This document shows positions 41,222 through 51,289 of a stretch of 64,000 nt of DNA, piece by piece. Source of the stretch: Crocinitomicaceae bacterium (GTDB lineage: Bacteria; Bacteroidota; Bacteroidia; Flavobacteriales_D; Crocinitomicaceae); assembly GCA_020635955.1 (NCBI GenBank), contig JACJYW010000004.1:402702-466701 (forward strand), in the 5' to 3' direction. The notes below the pieces were generated by a model. That model ran no database searches. It was not told the DNA's origin and saw nothing but the letters and a program-made list of their open reading frames with translations. The position numbers and the translations under genes were made by a program. Within the stretch, counting starts at the first letter, position 1; each line of letters starts with the position of its first letter.

Positions 41222-41361
41222 AGTACCAATTTAAAACAATAACTCATTCATGCAGGAATTGTTCATTGAATTCGTCCTTTATCGTTTCACTGACTTCACT
41301 AATCGAATAAAAACCCCCCATTTATAAAATGATATGTAAATTGAAAGGAGATTATCATTCT

Positions 41362-41754
41362 ATGAAGTATTACATTGAAAATAAGAACTCAACTGTTTCA
41401 GTAAATGAAGAGGGAATTTTCATTATTCAATGGAAAGCCAATGAAAGATTAGAAATTGATGATTTCAAAACGGTTGTGGACATTTTCGCAGAATGGAGTC
41501 AGGGAGAGCCTTGGAAAGTTTTACATGTTTTTCCTAAAGGGGCATCTGCCAGTGGAGAAGCACGAAATTATGGTGCCACACGAGAGAAGAAAACCAGTGC
41601 AGAAGCATTCGTGATTGAAAATGTCATCCACCGAAATCTGTTCAGATTATATCAACGTTTTCGTTCAAAACTATACCCAATTAGAGCATTTTCTGATTTA
41701 GAAGATGCAAAAGAATGGTTGCTGGAAGTAGAGATAGTTCAGGAAGAAGCTTAG
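41362..41754 (+). CDS. Small STAS/SpoIIAA-like hypothetical protein
   Basis: ASGEARNY, EAFVI, YPIRAFSDLEDAKEWL pattern; intact paralog of 29530-29928. Confidence 0.7.
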   Translation: MKYYIENKNSTVSVNEEGIFIIQWKANERLEIDDFKTVVDIFAEWSQGEPWKVLHVFPKGASASGEARNYGATREKKTSAEAFVIENVIHRNLFRLYQRFRSKLYPIRAFSDLEDAKEWLLEVEIVQEEA

Positions 41755-41757
41755 CTT

Positions 41758-42372
41758 CTATTTGATCAGCTTTAAATCAGTAATGCTGGGCTGTAATCCA
41801 ATAGTACTATTGTATTCCCCATCACAGCAAGGATACGCAGAGATCTTAAACTCCCAACTCAATTCAAACCACTTGTTTAAGTACTTGGGATTGTCTTCAA
41901 AAGTATCCTCATCATACAATTCCAATCCGCTGAAATCATTATCACCAAATCCAAAATCATATACCTCTTTCAACGAATCTTCAAACATTAAATGAAAGTA
42001 ATCACCAAACTCATTTCCAACGTATCTGACATTGATGGTATTCGGATAGTCTTTCCAATGCCCAATGGTGTATTCTTGTTCCACAGATATCGGATGTTGA
42101 GCAAACCATTCCCAGGGTTGTTGTTCCTGATTAGCCAATCGCCAATCCAAAAAAGCTGACTGATCTTTTTTAGAAGATAACATCACCAAATATTCTTTTG
42201 AGGAATCAATCAACGCAACCTCCACTTCCGGCATTGAGTCTTGACCGGGAACTTCTTCGATTGTAATCTCTTCAATAGTCTCATCTACGGTATCACTCTC
42301 TTGCTCGCCGCATGAAGAAATCATTACCACAGAAATCAGACTCAGTGAGAATATGAATAATCGTCTTTTCAT
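41758..42372 (-). CDS. Hypothetical lipoprotein
   Basis: Lipobox ISSC followed by an acidic linker. Confidence 0.7.
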   Translation of the reverse strand: MKRRLFIFSLSLISVVMISSCGEQESDTVDETIEEITIEEVPGQDSMPEVEVALIDSSKEYLVMLSSKKDQSAFLDWRLANQEQQPWEWFAQHPISVEQEYTIGHWKDYPNTINVRYVGNEFGDYFHLMFEDSLKEVYDFGFGDNDFSGLELYDEDTFEDNPKYLNKWFELSWEFKISAYPCCDGEYNSTIGLQPSITDLKLIK

Positions 42373-42407
42373 CCTTTCAAAAATAAGTAATAACTAAAAA
42401 TCTAATT

Positions 42408-42815
42408 GACCATCTTAACCCCTACAGTTAAATCACCGATACAGAAATAGTCATTTAATAATTCGTTTTATCTCGCGTCCATCTATTGAGTATTTGTGAA
42501 TATAAAAACACTTTCTTCGCTATCGCCGCGACTGGTCAAACGAAGCCAAAACTTCGTCCATCTTGACTGCTTTCGTTAAATCACCGATATAGAAATCGTT
42601 ATTTAGCAATTCGTTTTATCTCGCGTCCATCTATGAAGTGTTCGTAATTTTTCACCCGCAAAAATCGTTAAAAAGCCGACCCGATTTTTCAACCCCAGGA
42701 TATTGGGAGTCGTTGAAAAATATTAAGGCTTTAGATTTTGAGGAGTTGAAAAATAGAATACAAATAGCGGGACGCTAGCCTTTTTGGTACTTTTTGCGCA
42801 ATGGGAAAAAGTACT
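42408..42815. repeat. Composite hairpin-repeat cluster (family C left arms plus full family B element 42623-42815)
   Basis: 42553-42815 is near-identical to 58778-59064; a degenerate partial copy lies at 42408-42500. Confidence 0.85.
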
Positions 42816-42848
42816 ACTCAATAAGTATAAGATTATAGTAAAAAGAAC

Positions 42849-43274
42849 TCACAACTTCAATTTCTTCACCGCCATAGCCATTACCTCAGCATGATCAAAT
42901 GCCAATTCAGGAAGATCATCAATTGAAAACCATGACAAATTGGAGGCATCATCTGCGGCATGCACCTCAACATTTGGATCATTTAAGAGTTTCCAATGCA
43001 CTACTGAAACAATACGCTTTCTAGGATCTCGGTCGGGACGACCAAATGTGTGTAACTGCTCAAGGGAATCTACCACCAATCCTGTTTCTTCTTCCAATTC
43101 GCGAATGGCAGCAGCTTCTAGATCTTCACCTTCATCTACAAACCCGCCTGGTATAGCCCAACAACCTGCAAAAGGTTCATGTTTACGTTGGATCAATAAA
43201 ACTTGTGTAATGTCTTTCAGTTTCCTGAAGATGACAGCATCAACCGTTACATCAATTCGGTGATATTCAGTCAT
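42849..43274 (-). CDS. NUDIX hydrolase
   Basis: PGGFVDEGEDLEAAAIRELEEETG Nudix box, RDPR, LAFDH. Confidence 0.93.
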   Translation of the reverse strand: MTEYHRIDVTVDAVIFRKLKDITQVLLIQRKHEPFAGCWAIPGGFVDEGEDLEAAAIRELEEETGLVVDSLEQLHTFGRPDRDPRKRIVSVVHWKLLNDPNVEVHAADDASNLSWFSIDDLPELAFDHAEVMAMAVKKLKL

Positions 43275-43276
43275 GA

Positions 43277-43831
43277 TTAGTTCTCATTCACCTCAACAAG
43301 CACTAACTCTGCTCCTTTATCTGCCCAAATATCAACCTCCTCTTCATCATCTATAATGATCAGATCTCCTGCTCTAACTTCTAGTTCTCCACACAAAATC
43401 GCGCCTGAGTAAACGTAAATAAAGTGATATTCTTCTGTAAAATCCAGGTGTACTTCTTCTTCAGCATCAACCGATAGATGTTTTACATTTCCGCTAAATC
43501 CATCTCCGCACATCAAATTAAAATCCAGACATTGACCTTTTGATTTGGTTTTCCATCCTCCATCAAAACGATCCACTTTGAAGGGAGTTAAAGCAATTTG
43601 ATGATGTCCTTCATGTTGTAATTCAAGACTACCTTTTAATAACATCAGTGTACGTTGAATACCTGGTAATGAAGTAAACACTGACTCATCAACAAGAACC
43701 GTAGCTGTTGAAATCCTGAAATCAAAATTCTTCTTAGCATATGATGATCCATCAGGCCAGATAAACAGTTCAGTGGTTGTTCCACCATCCCATTTAGAAG
43801 TCGTATGTGCAAATGCTTGTATATGTTTCAC
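43277..43831 (-). CDS. HutD/Ves family protein
   Basis: WDGGTTTEL, FDFRISTATV, FTSLPGIQR, DFNLM. Confidence 0.85.
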   Translation of the reverse strand: MKHIQAFAHTTSKWDGGTTTELFIWPDGSSYAKKNFDFRISTATVLVDESVFTSLPGIQRTLMLLKGSLELQHEGHHQIALTPFKVDRFDGGWKTKSKGQCLDFNLMCGDGFSGNVKHLSVDAEEEVHLDFTEEYHFIYVYSGAILCGELEVRAGDLIIIDDEEEVDIWADKGAELVLVEVNEN

Positions 43832-43922
43832 AGGTATTGTTATTTGATTTCAAAGAACAATATTAATAACTGCTTTCTAAATATCCAGCATAAGCCAAAA
43901 ATTATTCGAAAAAAGATTTTTT

Positions 43923-44570
43923 TTGGCCTCAGCTACAGAATCAAAAATAAACGATCTTTGCACAAAAATCAAGTATTTGACCGAGCTATTGACATATCTT
44001 GAGCGTCCAATTGCCTTTGCGGCTAGCTTGCTCATTTTTAGCGGTCAATTGACCTATTTCATCAGTACATTAAAGAAAAGAGTGACTCCTTCAGTACTCT
44101 CCTGGTATGGTTGGGCTTTTTTGATGACCACTCTTTTGGTGGCACAGATCGCAGAAGTAGGTTGGGAATGGAACTTATTGAGTATTGCCGCTTGTACGGT
44201 AGGATGCATAGCCATTGGAACCGTGGCTTTAGCTAAAAAGAATTACAGCATTCACAAAAGAGATTGGCTTTTTTTAGGACTGGGAATTGTTTGTACCATC
44301 TTATACATCATTTCAAAAGATCCCTGGATCACTACCATTTATGCAGTATTGGCAGATCTGATCATTGGAATTCCTACACTCATAAAAGCCTGGGTTGACC
44401 CTAAATCTGAACGATCAGCCGCCTGGATCATTTCATTGCTTACCTGGTCATTAACCCTGTTGATCAGCTTTAATCATGACCTGCTATATGCGCTCTTCCC
44501 CATTTATTTATGGATCTATTGCGCCTTTATGGTGTGGTTTGTTTTTGGGAGGAAGATGCCAAACCATTGA
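43923..44570 (+). CDS. Hypothetical multi-pass membrane protein (start uncertain)
   Basis: About 7 hydrophobic segments; IPTLIKAWVDPKSE motif. Confidence 0.7.
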   Translation: MASATESKINDLCTKIKYLTELLTYLERPIAFAASLLIFSGQLTYFISTLKKRVTPSVLSWYGWAFLMTTLLVAQIAEVGWEWNLLSIAACTVGCIAIGTVALAKKNYSIHKRDWLFLGLGIVCTILYIISKDPWITTIYAVLADLIIGIPTLIKAWVDPKSERSAAWIISLLTWSLTLLISFNHDLLYALFPIYLWIYCAFMVWFVFGRKMPNH

Positions 44571-44574
44571 TACA

Positions 44575-44703
44575 AACATCTACCTCCTGCTAAATACTCT
44601 CTCCTATCTCCCATCTACTCATTACTCTCTAATCTCTACTCTCCACAACCTAACACCTAACACCTAACACCTAACACCTAACACCTAACACCTAACACCT
44701 AAC
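44575..44703. repeat. Heptamer array: 8 perfect ACCTAAC copies (44648-44703) preceded by degenerate CTACTCT-type units
   Basis: Read directly from the sequence. Confidence 0.92.
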
Positions 44704-44707
44704 AAAT

Positions 44708-46606
44708 CTAATCTTCCGCAAAAACAATGATCTTATCCCCCGGACTAAACGTAACCTTATTCGTTTTCACCGGATTCAATACAATACCATAACTTGAATT
44801 CTTATCGTACTGCTTTGACATAATTCTATATCCAACAGCTGTTTGACCCTGTCTTTTAGCACTTTCCAATACAGTAAAGAAATCCATCTCAACGCCGGTT
44901 TTCACATAATTACTGATAGGTTTCAAATAGACCTCAGAACCATCTGCATCAAACATATCATTGAATACATTCACTAATTCCTTGGTCTCACTCACTTGAG
45001 ATACCAATTGAGAGATCAATTTATCACTAACCACGAAATCATCTGCTTTAGTCACGCTGGCAAGCTCTCTGTTTCTAACATCCATGATCTCACTAACAAT
45101 TCTCACTTGAGTACCTGCAATATCAATCAGGTCTCTTAAATGAAGTAAAGTCATCAAGGTTTGAGAATCTGCTTCTTGCACATTTAATCTGCGCGTATTG
45201 CTCAATACAATAATTTGCGTGAATTCATGAACATTCAGGCTTTCCAATACCTCTCTATCGGTAGTATCTGCAACCCTAACATCTATTTTCATGTTGTTGG
45301 AGATCTCCATTTTCTTGTACTCCTGTTCCACGTTCTCATGACCCGAAACGATCAAAAGTTCTGAACCTGCTGGCACATAAGCACTCATTTCACGCACAAT
45401 AGCCGGACCTTTATTGTTCCAGCTTAACACCAATGTACGCTCAATTGAAGGTTTTTCTTCTTCAACAAATACTATAGCATCCTCATTGATGGTAGCAGCA
45501 GGAGCATTGATGATCAATGTATCATCATCTTCTGTTAAGGCCACCAATTTTCCTCCTTTTTCCAAAACTGCATCCATTGGCGGATTCAATTTGATGGTGC
45601 CATCCGGATACTCTAATCCTATAACAGAACTATCGTTGTATTTGAAAATGATCTCACCAAATGTTTTACCTATCATTTGGGACTCTTCTATAATATAGAT
45701 CTCATCTCCATCAAACCCTGTAATTTCAGTATAAACCACGCTCAATCCTGACTGACGGCAAGTTTGAACCATGATCCTTGAAACCAGATCATCTGTCAGC
45801 ATCAATTCCACTTCATCCTTCCCTACTATTTTTCCAGCCAAAATATTCTTTTGCTGTCTCATTTGAGCTACCACATGAAAAGGCTGGGTTCCGCGTTCAG
45901 GATGATTAATGATGGCCAGTAATACCTTAATGGTCTGCGCATCTGCATCAGGCGCCGTTTCTGAAGAAAGTACTACAATACTTTTTGTCTCATTCAAATT
46001 GACAATGTTAAGATCATTGATGTCATTAGGATCTCCGCTTCTACAAATAACTTTTGTGTTTCTTAGGTTTTCACATTTCTCACGAATGGCATCTTCCATC
46101 ATGGTTTTATCCTCTCTGGCCATGACTACTATGCGCGGTTTCTTCTGATTTTCATTAGCCGCCGCCAACTCATCTATGATCGTAAACACCTTAGAATTCC
46201 ATCCAAGGATCAATTGATGATTCTTTTCAACTACAAAACTTCTTCCTTTTCTAAGCTCTTCTAATTTTTCATCAATACCTGAACTCAGGATACCAATTAA
46301 AGTTGATAGAATAAAGATTCCGCCTAATGTTACAATGAACATGATCAACCTGAATCCCCATCCAGAATCTCCAGCTACCGTACCGGCATCCATTGCCCTC
46401 ATCAAGGTTTGCCACAAGGTCTCTCCCACTCCCATTGAAGAATCTTCTCCATCAGGGAATATGCTGAATATTAAAACTACAACCGTAGTTATGACGATCA
46501 TCACACCGGTTAAAATGGCTAACCATAAGATCAAGGCTCCCGGACCTCTGCTCATGGTGTTATCAAATCGGTACCTCAGCTTTTGCGACAATTTTACTTT
46601 AGACAT
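44708..46606 (-). CDS. CASTOR/POLLUX-related putative ion channel
   Basis: LRYRFDNTMSRG, TM-pore-TM, ELRKGRSFVVE, ILGWN, DFVVSDKLIS, GSEVYLKP, IVLNP. Confidence 0.85.
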   Translation of the reverse strand: MSKVKLSQKLRYRFDNTMSRGPGALILWLAILTGVMIVITTVVVLIFSIFPDGEDSSMGVGETLWQTLMRAMDAGTVAGDSGWGFRLIMFIVTLGGIFILSTLIGILSSGIDEKLEELRKGRSFVVEKNHQLILGWNSKVFTIIDELAAANENQKKPRIVVMAREDKTMMEDAIREKCENLRNTKVICRSGDPNDINDLNIVNLNETKSIVVLSSETAPDADAQTIKVLLAIINHPERGTQPFHVVAQMRQQKNILAGKIVGKDEVELMLTDDLVSRIMVQTCRQSGLSVVYTEITGFDGDEIYIIEESQMIGKTFGEIIFKYNDSSVIGLEYPDGTIKLNPPMDAVLEKGGKLVALTEDDDTLIINAPAATINEDAIVFVEEEKPSIERTLVLSWNNKGPAIVREMSAYVPAGSELLIVSGHENVEQEYKKMEISNNMKIDVRVADTTDREVLESLNVHEFTQIIVLSNTRRLNVQEADSQTLMTLLHLRDLIDIAGTQVRIVSEIMDVRNRELASVTKADDFVVSDKLISQLVSQVSETKELVNVFNDMFDADGSEVYLKPISNYVKTGVEMDFFTVLESAKRQGQTAVGYRIMSKQYDKNSSYGIVLNPVKTNKVTFSPGDKIIVFAED

Positions 46607-46734
46607 AGGATCAGTTTATTATAAGCCTAAATTTAATTTTTAATTGTAATAAAGATGCCTTTATCGGCCATTTAGGTGCAAATTTTATCAAAATGAATAA
46701 CTGTATGGAATACTCAACATTGTATATGTCGCTT

Positions 46735-46882
46735 CATTGGGGCTTACCTCTCTATGGTTTCGAGAGCCTCAACCGCCGTTCGGTCGGTCTCTGGTGAGTC
46801 GCTTTCAAATGGTCACTGATCCGTCAACTGACGGACGAAGTGCCATTTGAAGAGCTCCAACAATCACCTCCGCCCTAAGCCA
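46735..46882. repeat. Structured dispersed repeat, copy 1 (pair with 50573-50702)
   Basis: Shared flanks GGTTTCGAGA.CCTCAACCGCCGTTCGGTCGGTCT..GGTGAGTCGCTTT and AGAGCTCCAACAATCACCT.CGCCCTAAGCCA. Confidence 0.85.
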
Positions 46883-46947
46883 GGTGATCAAAATGTTAAT
46901 TCTATCTGCCCGTTTGAAAAGGACTTCCTTTTTCAGCAATTTGTCCT

Positions 46948-46955
46948 TAAATTTG
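46948..46955 (+). promoter_or_regulatory. -7 promoter element (TAAATTTG)
   Basis: TAnnTTTG match 18 nt upstream of the ATG at 46973. Confidence 0.55.
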
Positions 46956-46972
46956 TGCCAAATAAAAACATT

Positions 46973-48301
46973 ATGAAAAAACTTCTACTTGCTTTAATTT
47001 GTTTGAGTAGCATTTCTTTTGCTCAGAATATCGTGATCACTGAGATCATGTACAATCCGGCTGAATCAGGTACAGATTCAACAGAGTTCATAGAATTCTA
47101 TAATAACACTTCTAATTCTATTGATCTAACAGGATACACAACCATTGGTGTTACTTATACTTTCCCCAGCGTAAGTTTAGCACCAGGTGCATATTATGTG
47201 ATTTCGGTTAACCCTTCTGCTCATTTCAATACGTATGGCGTAAATGCTGATGGTCAATTTGCTGGTGCATTAGCTAACGGCGGTGAACCTGTTGCCCTTT
47301 ATGACAATTTGGGTACTTTGGTTGATTCAGTTAACTATGATGATATTGCTCCGTGGCCAGTTGGTTTTAGTGCAGGTGAGCCTGATGGAGGTGGTGCCTC
47401 ATTGGTGATCTGTAATTATACATTAGATAATAATGATGGGGCAAATTGGAGCGCAAGCACAACTTCAACAGGTCTAATCGTGAATGGACTTGAAGTATTA
47501 GCCAGCCCCGGTGCTGCTAATGACTGCTGCTCTATCGCTTATGGAACAGATGTTCAAACAGCATGCGGATCTTATCAGTGGATTGACGGTAATACCTATA
47601 CAGCTAATAATAATACCGCAACACACACCATTAATAATGGCTCAGTAAGTGGATGTGATTCAATTGTGACCTTAGACCTAACAATCAATCCAGTTGCTTC
47701 CGGAACTGATGTTCAAACGGCTTGTTTAAGTTATACATGGATTGACGGGAACACATATACAGCAAGTAACAATACAGCTACTCATACTATTGTGAATGGT
47801 GCAGCTAACGGTTGTGATTCTATCGTAACATTGGATCTAACCATCAATACGGTTGATGTAACAGTTTCAACTTCCTCACCTACTATTACGGCCAATGCCT
47901 CAGGTGCAACTTATCAGTGGTTAGATTGTGGTTCAATGACCCAGATCAATGGTGAAACCAATCAATCATATACAGCAACAGCAGGAGGTTCTTATGCAGT
48001 GATCGTAAATGATGGAACCTGTCAGGACACATCTGATTGTCAGGTGATCACCTTTGTTGGAATTGAAGATTTAAATGCTCAATTGATAGTAGTGAGCCCT
48101 AATCCATCAAATGGAATATTCCAGTTAAAAGGAACCGGAAAATATGCATATTCCGTAGCTGATATCAGTGGAAAAACCATCTTGACTGGAAATATGGTTG
48201 AAAACACATTGATTGACCTATCCGCATTTGAATCAGGTATCTATTTACTAACGCTGCAACAAGAAAGCAGAATAGAAACCATCAAACTCATACGAGAATA
48301 A
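46973..48301 (+). CDS. T9SS cargo protein with lamin-tail domain and two ~53-aa repeats
   Basis: IVITEIMYNP..EFIEFYN..IDLTGY; GTDVQTAC..WIDGNTYT..GCDSIVTLDLTIN twice; SPNPS C-terminal domain; start re-called to MKKLLL. Confidence 0.85.
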   Translation: MKKLLLALICLSSISFAQNIVITEIMYNPAESGTDSTEFIEFYNNTSNSIDLTGYTTIGVTYTFPSVSLAPGAYYVISVNPSAHFNTYGVNADGQFAGALANGGEPVALYDNLGTLVDSVNYDDIAPWPVGFSAGEPDGGGASLVICNYTLDNNDGANWSASTTSTGLIVNGLEVLASPGAANDCCSIAYGTDVQTACGSYQWIDGNTYTANNNTATHTINNGSVSGCDSIVTLDLTINPVASGTDVQTACLSYTWIDGNTYTASNNTATHTIVNGAANGCDSIVTLDLTINTVDVTVSTSSPTITANASGATYQWLDCGSMTQINGETNQSYTATAGGSYAVIVNDGTCQDTSDCQVITFVGIEDLNAQLIVVSPNPSNGIFQLKGTGKYAYSVADISGKTILTGNMVENTLIDLSAFESGIYLLTLQQESRIETIKLIRE

Positions 48302-48320
48302 AAAATTCTAAAATAGATTT

Positions 48321-48353
48321 AAAAGAGCTGCTTCAACGAAGTGGCTCTTTTTT
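48321..48353 (+). terminator. Intrinsic terminator
   Basis: AAAAGAGCTGCTTC-AAC-GAAGTGGCTCTTTTTT. Confidence 0.8.
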
Positions 48354-48525
48354 CTTTTATCCATCATCTACAATCTCTACTATCTAATTCATACTCTCCA
48401 CTATCTACTCTCTACTCTCTACTATCTATTCTCTACTATCTATTCTCTACTATCCACAATCTACACTCCACAATCTACACTCAACTCAATTCACCACCAC
48501 CTAAAACCTAACACCTAAATTTCAT
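48345..48525. repeat. 181-nt G-free tract of degenerate heptamers (CTACTCT/CTACTAT/CTATTCT/ACCTAAC)
   Basis: Read directly; no G between 48344 and 48526. Confidence 0.88.
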
Positions 48526-48540
48526 GGCACATAGCTTGTA
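48525..48540 (+). promoter_or_regulatory. Candidate sigma54-type promoter
   Basis: TGGCAC-ATAGC-TTGT, close to the TGGCAC-N5-TTGC consensus, about 35 nt before the ATG at 48574. Confidence 0.4.
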
Positions 48541-48573
48541 AATAGATGTTTAAAGATCAATATATTTAGACTG

Positions 48574-50559
48574 ATGAAAAGTTACCAGGCCCGCATACTA
48601 CTGATCCTGATGTTGATTGGATCAATGATTCCCTTGAGTTCAAAAGCTCAAATTCTATATGATGAGCAAAAAATGGTGGCTTCTGACAGAAATAAAGAAG
48701 ATAATTTCGGTGGCCATGTTCGCATTTATGAAGATTTTGCTTTTGTTCAGGCTTATGATGCGGGTCCAAAAAACTCCGGTAGGGTATATGTTTACGTGAA
48801 AGATGCCAATGGCAATTGGGTACAGGATCAAATTCTCGAAAGTGCAATTAACTATAAAGGAGACAATTTCGGATCCAACATTGAGCGTTCAGGTAACACA
48901 ATAATTATTGGAGCAAATAGCTATGGAACAAGCCATAAAGGTGCCGCCTTCTTTTTTGAATTAGATGAAACTGGAAAATGGATAGAAAAGCAATCGGTTT
49001 CCTCTTATCGTCCTTATGACACAGGTTTCGGAGTTGACGTAGCCATTTCAGGTGATTATGCAATAGTTGGAGCTTATGCTCAAAATGATGGTACTAAAAA
49101 TGATCCCAACTTGAAACATGCCGGAGCAGCATACATTTATAAAAAAGGAACGGATGGGAAGTGGACCTTACATCAGGAAATCTATGCAAACAATAGAGAG
49201 GCTGAAGCTTTCTTTGGCCACACTGTATTTATGGAAGGAAACGTTGCCTCAGTTGGTGCTATTTATGATAATTATGACGCTTGTAAAAACGACAGCATCA
49301 ATCAGGCAGGTGCTGTTTTTATGTATGAATTAGAAGAAACGGGGTATTGGAAATTTAAACAAGAGATCTCTCCATCTGATCGCAGACCAAGAGATTTCTT
49401 TGGCTATGAGATCTTCATGCAAAAAGACGAAATGTTCGTAACGGCAAATCGGCACAGTCCGGTAGATGGATTAGACACCAAAGGAGTGATCTACTACTAC
49501 AAAAAGAATGCGCAAAATGGTTTGTGGTGTGAAAAACAAAAGATCCTGTCACCAACAGCTCAAAAAAAGGACTATTTCGGTCATTCAATCGCTTCTAATG
49601 GTAATGTGATGGTTTCGGGCTCAGCCTGGTGGATGCAGGACAAAAAAGGGGAAGTTCTGGTATTCGTTAAAAATAATTGTGGAGAGTGGGTGTTCACTCA
49701 ATCAATTACCGCATCTGATGGCAAAACCGGTGATCGTTATGGAAGATACGTTGGCATCTCAGGCAGCTCCGTTATTATTGGAAGTTCTGATAATGATTTT
49801 GCTGAACCCAATTCAACCATGATCAATAATGGTGGTGCAGCTTATTTCTATAAAATTTCAAGGTTTGATGTAAACCCCTTGCCTTGTAAAAGTAAAAATG
49901 AAAATGATGCTCTTTGTTCACCTTGTCAGGCGCAAACCAATGTAGTTGAAGGCTCTTATGATATTCCTTTAGATACTACCGCCACTTCTGAAAATGAAAC
50001 GGTAGACACAAACGTTATAGATAACAATGAACCCGTAACTGTGGTAGATATTACGGTAACCATCTCCATTTTGAATTGTAAAACTGTTTTAACGGCAAAT
50101 GAAGAAAATGCCAGCTATCAGTGGATAGATTGTGACTCAGGTTTACCTATTCAGGGAGAAACCAATCGTTCATTCATCCCTACTAAAGATGGTAGCTATG
50201 CCGTTGATCTTAAAAACGAAAACTCTGAAGGAACATCACATTGTTTTGAGATCAAGGTAAAATCCGCGCAGGTGCAGCCACCGAATGAAAAACCGCAGTT
50301 TACCGTATCTCCAAATCCTAATTATGGCCAATTTGAAGTCACCATATTGGGTGAAGTAAGCGGAATCTATCATATTGTTATCAAAAGCCCATTCGGTATG
50401 GTTATAAAAGAGTTAAAAACCACTGAAAAGCTTACCAATATTGATCTGGGACGAGTTACAGCAGGCACCTATCTCGTAAAGGTCACCAGAAATGGACTGA
50501 GTTCCACTATTCCCATTATTGTTAAATCCCAGGCAACGGATACAAATGGGCGAAATTAG
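48574..50559 (+). CDS. T9SS cargo protein with FG-GAP beta-propeller repeats
   Basis: Repeated D.FG..V.ISG..A.VGA....GAAY units; VSPNPN C-terminal domain. Confidence 0.85.
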   Translation: MKSYQARILLILMLIGSMIPLSSKAQILYDEQKMVASDRNKEDNFGGHVRIYEDFAFVQAYDAGPKNSGRVYVYVKDANGNWVQDQILESAINYKGDNFGSNIERSGNTIIIGANSYGTSHKGAAFFFELDETGKWIEKQSVSSYRPYDTGFGVDVAISGDYAIVGAYAQNDGTKNDPNLKHAGAAYIYKKGTDGKWTLHQEIYANNREAEAFFGHTVFMEGNVASVGAIYDNYDACKNDSINQAGAVFMYELEETGYWKFKQEISPSDRRPRDFFGYEIFMQKDEMFVTANRHSPVDGLDTKGVIYYYKKNAQNGLWCEKQKILSPTAQKKDYFGHSIASNGNVMVSGSAWWMQDKKGEVLVFVKNNCGEWVFTQSITASDGKTGDRYGRYVGISGSSVIIGSSDNDFAEPNSTMINNGGAAYFYKISRFDVNPLPCKSKNENDALCSPCQAQTNVVEGSYDIPLDTTATSENETVDTNVIDNNEPVTVVDITVTISILNCKTVLTANEENASYQWIDCDSGLPIQGETNRSFIPTKDGSYAVDLKNENSEGTSHCFEIKVKSAQVQPPNEKPQFTVSPNPNYGQFEVTILGEVSGIYHIVIKSPFGMVIKELKTTEKLTNIDLGRVTAGTYLVKVTRNGLSSTIPIIVKSQATDTNGRN

Positions 50560-50572
50560 AGCGTATTTTATT

Positions 50573-50702
50573 CATTAGGGGCTTCCCTCACTATGGTTTC
50601 GAGAACCTCAACCGCCGTTCGGTCGGTCTGCGGTGAGTCGCTTTTCCTTTCCCCCCTTCGGGGAAGGACAAGAGCTCCAACAATCACCTACGCCCTAAGC
50701 CA
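50573..50702. repeat. Structured dispersed repeat, copy 2
   Basis: Same scaffold as 46735-46882 with a different central hairpin. Confidence 0.85.
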
Positions 50703-50723
50703 TAAATCCAATAATAATTCAAT

Positions 50724-51225
50724 CTCCGTCCATCTTGACTGCTTTCGTTAAATCACCGATACAGAAATCGTCATTTAGCGACCCGTCGAACGCAGTGAGA
50801 CAATTGAGCTAAATAGATTTCGAAGAGAGTGATTTAGAAACAGTTGAGCGGGACTTGATCTTTTTCGTTCTTTTTGGATCAAGCCAAAAAGGACATAACA
50901 CCCTTACAATATCTCCTTCATTCTTAAAACAAACTGGCCATCAGCTGCGCTTTCCTGCCTACCGTCAGGCAGGCGTCAAAATTCATCCGCAAGGAGCCGT
51001 ATTGTTTGCGACTCATCTAACAAAACATCACCTCCGTCCATCTTGACTGCTTTCGTTAAATCACCGATACAGAAATCGTCATTTAGCGACCCGTCGAACG
51101 CAGTGAGACAATTGAGCTAAATAGATTTCGAAGAGAGTGATTTAGAAACAGTTGAGCGGGACTTGATCTTTTTCGTTCTTTTTGGATCAAGCCAAAAAGG
51201 ACATAATCATCAAGGAAAAAAGAAC
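50724..51225. repeat. Two identical 175-bp family C elements (50724-50898, 51032-51206) separated by a family D left arm
   Basis: Direct comparison shows identity at an offset of 308 bp. Confidence 0.92.
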
Positions 51226-51289
51226 AAGTTAATTAAGAAAGACTTGCTTCCAACCCTCATTTTCCTTACCTTAAAAGAAACCTTTCCCC

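Noticed and set aside
46847..46972. N-terminal extension of the lamin-tail protein
   Set aside because: It overlaps the repeat and the promoter; the signal peptide starts at 46973
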